A stretch of DNA of 47,850 bases from Actinomycetes bacterium. GTDB lineage: Bacteria > Actinomycetota > UBA4738 > HRBIN12. Every line of letters starts with the position of its first letter. Position 1 is the stretch's first letter. A program made the position numbers and the translations under genes. Under the pieces are notes generated by a model. That model did no database searches, had not been told where the DNA came from, and was given only the letters and a program-made list of their open reading frames with translations. The stretch covers positions 1 to 47,850 of the forward strand of contig JANMPG010000100.1 of assembly GCA_031369745.1 (NCBI GenBank). The letters are read 5' to 3'. Below are positions 42,772 to 47,850 of this stretch, piece after piece.

Positions 42772-44241
42772 GTGACGGAGGCGATATCGAGGGGCGTTGC
42801 CGGGCGGATGGCCGCTGTGCTGTTCGTCGCGGCGGGTCTGTCCAGCGCCACGGTTGCTCTGGCCGCACCGGGCGAGCGGCGCCTGCCCAGCTTGATCGTG
42901 GCCGCGCTATCGCTCGCGATCGGCGCGGGCTGCTGGTTCGCGCCATGGGACCGGTGGCCTCGCGAGCGGACGTTATGGCTCGCGGGGATCGCGTTGGTGC
43001 TGATGTCGACCGCCGCAACGTTCGGGGCGTACGGTCGGTACACCTACGCCTGCTACTTCCTGGTGCTGTTCGCGTGGATCGGCGTCACCCAACCGCGGGG
43101 CACCGCAACCCGGTTCCTCCCGGCCGCCGCGATCGCATACCTGTTGCCGGTCCTGCATGTGGAGCCGGACCCGGACGCGGCCTTCGCGGTTATCGAAGTG
43201 CTCGCGATGGCCGCCGCGCTCGGTGAAGGGCTGGCGTGGATGTCGTCGTTGCTCTATCGGTCCCAGGCGCAGAACGTTCGTCGGCTGATCGAGTTGCGGG
43301 AGCTGGTGCACTCCGGTGAGTTGCTGGCGCGCGAGACCGACGGGTCGCGGGGGCCCGGTCTCATCGCCGAGCTCGGATCCCAACTGCTCCACGCGCGTGC
43401 AGCAGCGGTGCTGCTGCACGAGGGCGCCGGTTCCCTCGCTGTTGGCGGGCACGTACGGTGGCGACTGGAGACCGGTTCGCACATCACCGAGGCGGAAGCG
43501 CCGCGGCTCCTGCGCGCGCTTGGCGCCGAGGGAACAGTCGCGCTCGACGTGGCGGACCTTCCGCTTCCTCAGCCCGTGAAGGGTGGGAGCTATCTGGCCG
43601 TGCCCCTTCGGGCCGGCGCAAGTACCCAGGGCCTCCTGCTCCTGGCAAGCGGGGGCGCCGGCTCGCCGACGGGAGCCTACGAGGAACACCTCGTGATGGC
43701 GTTCTGCGCGCAGGCCGGTCTGATGCTGGAGCGGTTGCATGCCACAGAGCAGCTCGAGGCCACGTCGTTGCGAGACGAACTCACCGGGTTGGGCAACCGG
43801 CGCTACGGCGACCGGGTCCTGAGCCGGGTCCAGCCCGACGATGTCCTCGTGATGCTTGACCTCGATCGTTTCAAAGAGCTGAACGACACGAGCGGTCATC
43901 CCGCAGGTGACGATGCCTTGCGCCTGATCGGCGGACTCCTTCTTCGGTGCCTGCGCGAGGAGGACCACGCGATCCGTTGGGGCGGCGACGAGTTCTGCCT
44001 GGTGCTTCGCGGCGCCCCCGGGCTCGAACCCGAACGGGTCGTGCAACGCTTGCGTACCGCGTGGGATCGGTCTCGCATCCCAGTGACCTTCTCCGCGGGG
44101 ATCGCCGTGCATACTGCGTGCCCCATCGAGGTGACCCTGGCGCTCGCGGATCAGGAGCTGTACCGCGCCAAGGAGGCCGGACGCCTCGCGGCGGTCACCG
44201 ACAACGTGGTCAACATCCACACGGCCACCAGCGTGGCCTGA
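42772..44241 (+). CDS. Membrane-anchored GAF-GGDEF diguanylate cyclase
   Basis: An N-terminal block of 5-6 TM helices is followed by a GAF-like middle region. The C-terminal GGDEF domain has the intact RWGGDEF motif and an RxxD (REED) I-site five residues upstream. It has a GTG start with SD GGGAGG. Confidence 0.88.
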   Translation: MTEAISRGVAGRMAAVLFVAAGLSSATVALAAPGERRLPSLIVAALSLAIGAGCWFAPWDRWPRERTLWLAGIALVLMSTAATFGAYGRYTYACYFLVLFAWIGVTQPRGTATRFLPAAAIAYLLPVLHVEPDPDAAFAVIEVLAMAAALGEGLAWMSSLLYRSQAQNVRRLIELRELVHSGELLARETDGSRGPGLIAELGSQLLHARAAAVLLHEGAGSLAVGGHVRWRLETGSHITEAEAPRLLRALGAEGTVALDVADLPLPQPVKGGSYLAVPLRAGASTQGLLLLASGGAGSPTGAYEEHLVMAFCAQAGLMLERLHATEQLEATSLRDELTGLGNRRYGDRVLSRVQPDDVLVMLDLDRFKELNDTSGHPAGDDALRLIGGLLLRCLREEDHAIRWGGDEFCLVLRGAPGLEPERVVQRLRTAWDRSRIPVTFSAGIAVHTACPIEVTLALADQELYRAKEAGRLAAVTDNVVNIHTATSVA

Positions 44242-44244
44242 CGC

Positions 44245-44979
44245 TCAGGACAGGTCCAGGACCCGGAATTCCTCCGCGAACTCCGCGCCGATCTTGTCTC
44301 CGGCCTCGCGCGCGTCCTTGGTCAAGAACTCGTCGAAGAACCGGATGCCCTCCGCGAGCTGGCTCGCGTGAGCGGCGAGGGCATCGACCTTCTTGCGGAA
44401 GGAACCGGTCACGTCCACGACCCGGTTGGACGCGTTGGACCAGCCCAGCCACACGTCGTGGACCTCTTGGACCTCCAGCCCTTGGCCGAGGTGCTCGCCG
44501 AAGAAATGAGGGTTGCCACTTCCCGGGAAGACCGAGTCCAGTGCGATCCATCCCGCGTTTCGGTGGTCCGAATGGTTGTAGTAGGTCGTCGTACCCTCCG
44601 CACCTTCGAAGAACACCGCGGTCGGATCGCACGACACGAGCGTTTCGGCGCGAACCTGTCGCACCCTGCGTACGACCGACTCACGAACGGCGGGTGTGTT
44701 CTGCAGCTCGCCGTCGTGGGTCGACAACACTCGCGCGGTCGCCAGGCCCATGATCTCGGCCGCGGCCTGCGTCTCGGCAAGACGCGTCTCGGCGAGCGCC
44801 GCGCGCGAGATCGACGGATCCGAGGACCCTCGATCGCCGTTGGTCAACACGAGCAGATGGACCTCACGGCCCGCAGCCGACCACGCCGTGAGCACGCCGC
44901 CGGCGCAGATCTCCGCATCATCGGGGTGCGCGAACACCGCCAGGACGGGGCCGCTGCGAACGTCGGACTCCTCCCTCAT
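44245..44979 (-). CDS. PIG-L/LmbE family deacetylase (second copy in the window)
   Basis: [16 protein letters not shown] is the family signature. Confidence 0.85.
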   Translation of the reverse strand: MREESDVRSGPVLAVFAHPDDAEICAGGVLTAWSAAGREVHLLVLTNGDRGSSDPSISRAALAETRLAETQAAAEIMGLATARVLSTHDGELQNTPAVRESVVRRVRQVRAETLVSCDPTAVFFEGAEGTTTYYNHSDHRNAGWIALDSVFPGSGNPHFFGEHLGQGLEVQEVHDVWLGWSNASNRVVDVTGSFRKKVDALAAHASQLAEGIRFFDEFLTKDAREAGDKIGAEFAEEFRVLDLS

Positions 44980-44985
44980 CGACGC

Positions 44986-46470
44986 TCAGGCAGCCGCTCG
45001 CGAGAGCAGGAAACGAACGAGCGTCCGCACCGGTACGCCGGTGCCCCCCGCCGGCCCAAGATCGTTGCCTCCCTCGCTGAACGCGGGGCCGGCGATATCG
45101 AGATGTACCCACGGAGTGTCGCCGACGAATCCCGCAAGGAACCACGCGGCCGTGATCGCTCCCCCGTATCGCTTGCCGACGTTCTTGATATCGGCGACCT
45201 TCGAGTCGATCAACGCGCGGTAGTCCGGGTACAACGGCATCTGCCAGATCGGCTCGCCGACGGTCGTGCCCGCAGCAATCAACTCCTGAGCAAGCTCGTC
45301 GTCGTTGCCGAACGCCCCCGCGATGTCGGTACCGAGCGCGATCACGCAGGCACCGGTGAGGGTCGCGGTGTCGATGATGCAGCTCGGCTTCTTCTCGGCG
45401 AGATAGGCGAGCGAATCGGCCAGCACCAGCCGACCCTCCGCGTCGGTGTTCAACACCTCGCTCGTCATGCCTCCTCGATGGGTGATCACGTCCCCGGGTT
45501 TTTGGGCCGAACCGCTCGGCATGTTCTCCGAACACGGGATCGCCGCGATCACGTTGATCTTCGGCTTCAGTAGCGCGATCACCTTCATCGTGGCCATGAT
45601 CGACGCCGCGCCGCCCATGTCGTCCTTCATCGTTTCCATGCCGGCGGGGTCTTTGAGCGACAAGCCGCCCGAGTCGAACGCGATGCCCTTTCCGGTCAGG
45701 GCGATCGGCGTGGCCTTGCCGGCGCCCGTATAGCGCAGTTCGATCATCCTCGGCGGGTTCACAGAGCCCTGGCCTACGCCTACGATGCCGCCGAAGCCAC
45801 CTTGCCGAAGCTGGGTTTCGTTCCACACTTTGCAGGTCAGGCCAACCCGCTTGGCCATCGCCTGCGCCGCGTTCGCGATCGCAGCCGGGGGCAGATCGCC
45901 TGCCGGCGTGTTGACGAGGTCGCGCGCCCACGCGACCGCCTCGACCCCCACGGAGCCGTGTTTGACGGCCCGCTTGACCGCCTTGGCGTCCCATCGCGGC
46001 GACACGAGGACGGTCGCCCGGGACAACCTCGGGCCGGTTTTGTCGCCCTTCTCGCTCTTGTAGCGATCGAACCGGTAGGAACCCAGCCCCATCGCTTCCA
46101 CGGCGGCCTGTACCGCCTCGTCGGCGTGTTTCGCCCCGAACGCCTGCGCGAACGTCGTCGCGATCGTCGGGAACCGGCGCGAGCCCGCGATCGCCCGGGC
46201 GAGCGAGCGCCGCATCGCGGTCACGTCGAAGGCATCCTTTGACCCGACCCCCACCAGCAACACGGCCTTCGCGGCGAACCGGTCGCCCGGGCGGCGCGTC
46301 ACGAGGAGGGTTTCGCCCTTCTTGCCGGTGAGCCGGGCGGCCGCGTAGGCATCGGACAACCCCGTCTCCTTCAGGCCGGGACCGACGTCATCGCCGGTGA
46401 ACACGGGGACGATCAGCAGGTCGGCGGCGACCTGGCGAGCCGATGTGGGCGTGGTGACGAACGTGGTCAC
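44986..46470 (-). CDS. pepA: Leucyl aminopeptidase (M17)
   Basis: The NTDAEGRLVLADSLAY M17 signature is present. It has a GTG start with SD GAGGAGGA. Confidence 0.93.
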   Translation of the reverse strand: MTTFVTTPTSARQVAADLLIVPVFTGDDVGPGLKETGLSDAYAAARLTGKKGETLLVTRRPGDRFAAKAVLLVGVGSKDAFDVTAMRRSLARAIAGSRRFPTIATTFAQAFGAKHADEAVQAAVEAMGLGSYRFDRYKSEKGDKTGPRLSRATVLVSPRWDAKAVKRAVKHGSVGVEAVAWARDLVNTPAGDLPPAAIANAAQAMAKRVGLTCKVWNETQLRQGGFGGIVGVGQGSVNPPRMIELRYTGAGKATPIALTGKGIAFDSGGLSLKDPAGMETMKDDMGGAASIMATMKVIALLKPKINVIAAIPCSENMPSGSAQKPGDVITHRGGMTSEVLNTDAEGRLVLADSLAYLAEKKPSCIIDTATLTGACVIALGTDIAGAFGNDDELAQELIAAGTTVGEPIWQMPLYPDYRALIDSKVADIKNVGKRYGGAITAAWFLAGFVGDTPWVHLDIAGPAFSEGGNDLGPAGGTGVPVRTLVRFLLSRAAA

Positions 46471-46550
46471 GGGCGCGTTCCTCCTCGAATGATGGTCGAA
46501 AGGGTTGGCGGGCAGTCTAGTGCCGCCTCGGGCTCGATACCCTGGAGGAC

Positions 46551-46871
46551 ATGAAGACCCGCGACGTCACCGATCTCGTCTTCTTCGACGAGGAGTCCGC
46601 CCGCATCGAGCCGTTGTTCGAGACCGAGCGGTTGTTCTCCCAGATCATCTGTCTGCAGGAGGCCCAAACCGTCGGCCCGATGACCGACGAGCGGGCGGAC
46701 GGGCTCGTGATCGTGCTTGCGGGTGAAGTGGCGGCGCAGGTGGGAAAGGGGCGCGCTCGCATGCGTCAGTGGTCCAGCGTGACGGTGCCCGCCGGCGATG
46801 ACCTTACGTTACGCAACGCCTCGCCTGACCCCTCGGTCGTGCTGCTCGTGCTAGCACCTCCGCCCGAGTGA
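46551..46871 (+). CDS. Small cupin-like protein lacking obvious metal-binding histidines
   Basis: It shows a beta-rich pattern with GLVIVLAGEV...VTVPAGDDLTLRN. An SD GGAGGA lies upstream. The call is tentative. Confidence 0.5.
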   Translation: MKTRDVTDLVFFDEESARIEPLFETERLFSQIICLQEAQTVGPMTDERADGLVIVLAGEVAAQVGKGRARMRQWSSVTVPAGDDLTLRNASPDPSVVLLVLAPPPE

Positions 46872-46877
46872 ACGAGC

Positions 46878-47330
46878 TCAGGTGCGAGCCGGACCGCTCG
46901 CAACGATCAGCGCCTTCAGCCCGCGTTGCGCTCGCCCCATGAGCACCCGCAAGACCGGTGCATAGCAGCGTGCGGCGAGCGCACCCGCGATCGGGATCCG
47001 AAGCGCGACGTCCTCGGCCCACGTGAACCGCGTTTTGCCGTTCTCGGACTCGAGTGCCCAAACCCCGAGGCCGACCACGAGCCCCCCGTGCGCGATCTCG
47101 AGCGAGGACGGCGGATCCCAGGCGGTGACCTCCATCGGCTCGACGAAGGCCGGGATCTGGAACAGCCTGGTCCGCACGTCGAGGCGCACGCCGACCCCCG
47201 TGCGGTGTTCGGAGCGCACGATCACCTCATCGGCGTCGAGCATCCAGTCGGCCTGACGCTCCCAGTTCGTCAGCACGTCCCAGGCTTCTTCGATCGGGCA
47301 CGGCAGGACGATCGACCGCTCGATGCGCAC
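46878..47330 (-). CDS. SRPBCC (polyketide cyclase/dehydrase-like) family protein
   Basis: IERSIVLPCPIEEAWDVLTNWERQADWM is a typical SRPBCC N-terminus. Confidence 0.75.
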   Translation of the reverse strand: MRIERSIVLPCPIEEAWDVLTNWERQADWMLDADEVIVRSEHRTGVGVRLDVRTRLFQIPAFVEPMEVTAWDPPSSLEIAHGGLVVGLGVWALESENGKTRFTWAEDVALRIPIAGALAARCYAPVLRVLMGRAQRGLKALIVASGPART

Positions 47331-47347
47331 GGGTCACACTGCCGGGA

Positions 47348-47850
47348 TCACGCCAGCGACCCGACGGCCGCTGCGGCCGCGTCGGCGAGGCGTCCCGTGC
47401 GCACCAGGTCGATCGCCGCGTCGATGTCGGCGCCGAATTCGCGGTCGTGCTCGACGAACGGCACGCGTTCGCGTATCGCCGCGTGCGCCGCGCGCGCTGC
47501 AGGGCCGGCCCGCAAGGGCAAGCGAAGGTCCAGCGCCTGTGCGGCGGCGAGCGCTTCGAGCGCCAGCACGATCTCGGCGTTGTCGACGATCGAGCGGGCA
47601 TGCCTCGCCGCGGTCATCCCCATGCTGACGTGGTCTTCCTGGCCGGCACTGGATGGGATCGAATCGACCGAGGCAGGGTGGGCGAGCGACTTGCACTCCG
47701 ACACCAGGGATGCCCCCGTGTACTGGATCAGCATGAAGCCACTGTTCAGACCGCTGTCGGGAACCAGGAACGGCGGCAGGCCGTTGGACTGCTTCACATC
47801 GAGCAAGCGATACAGACGCCGGTCGCTGATCGACGCCACCGACACCAGCG
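47348..47850 (-). CDS. hutH: Histidine ammonia-lyase, C-terminal part. The 5' end lies beyond the right window edge.
   Basis: [43 protein letters not shown] is the conserved HAL/PAL core segment. The frame is open to the window end. Confidence 0.85.
   Translation of the reverse strand, partial: LVSVASISDRRLYRLLDVKQSNGLPPFLVPDSGLNSGFMLIQYTGASLVSECKSLAHPASVDSIPSSAGQEDHVSMGMTAARHARSIVDNAEIVLALEALAAAQALDLRLPLRAGPAARAAHAAIRERVPFVEHDREFGADIDAAIDLVRTGRLADAAAAAVGSLA

Noticed and set aside
1-47850. CRISPR arrays, tandem repeats, insertion sequences, prophage or integrative elements
   Set aside because: Reading both strands, I saw no regularly spaced direct repeats, no terminal inverted repeats flanking a transposase-like ORF, and no integrase, recombinase or phage structural motifs. 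By-eye inspection cannot exclude short dispersed repeats, which a self-dot-plot would settle.

Overview
This is a very densely packed, high-GC chromosomal segment of actinobacterial type. The taxonomic call rests on a LigD with Pol-PE-Lig domain order, an F420-type luciferase-like oxidoreductase, a DinB/mycothiol-type protein, pervasive ATGA/GTGA start-stop overlaps and apparent leaderless genes. I can support about 56 protein-coding genes. I found no rRNA, tRNA, CRISPR array, transposase, integrase or phage gene. Content is mostly core metabolism and envelope functions:
- a 5'-truncated ligD;
- a translationally coupled arginine operon argC-J-B-D-R-G-H that lacks argF;
- cspA with a long leader;
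- rmuC;
- gpsA-glpX;
- an ECF sigma/anti-sigma pair divergent from nfeD-stomatin;
- an orphan pilT;
- mrp/apbC;
- lgt at the end of an envelope-related operon;
- a GAF-GGDEF cyclase;
- pepA;
- a 3' fragment of hutH running off the right edge.
I do not see a clear-cut novel multi-gene system such as a defence island or a mobile element. The items most worth a second look are:
- a USP-USP-Rieske fusion protein;
- an AAC(6')-like GNAT / class-III aminotransferase / C45 acyltransferase operon next to a MarR gene with a near-perfect 31-bp operator palindrome;
- a six-gene envelope operon (membrane protein, CPBP protease, tandem PPOX, SRPBCC, PAP2, Lgt);
- two apparently paralogous Cys-patterned small lipoproteins in AT-richer pockets, one beside a GH114 polygalactosaminidase lipoprotein;
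- two architectural oddities: back-to-back -10 boxes for two divergent leaderless genes in a 21-bp spacer, and convergent genes that share palindromic stop-stop overlaps.
All product calls come from motif recognition by eye, not from database searches.
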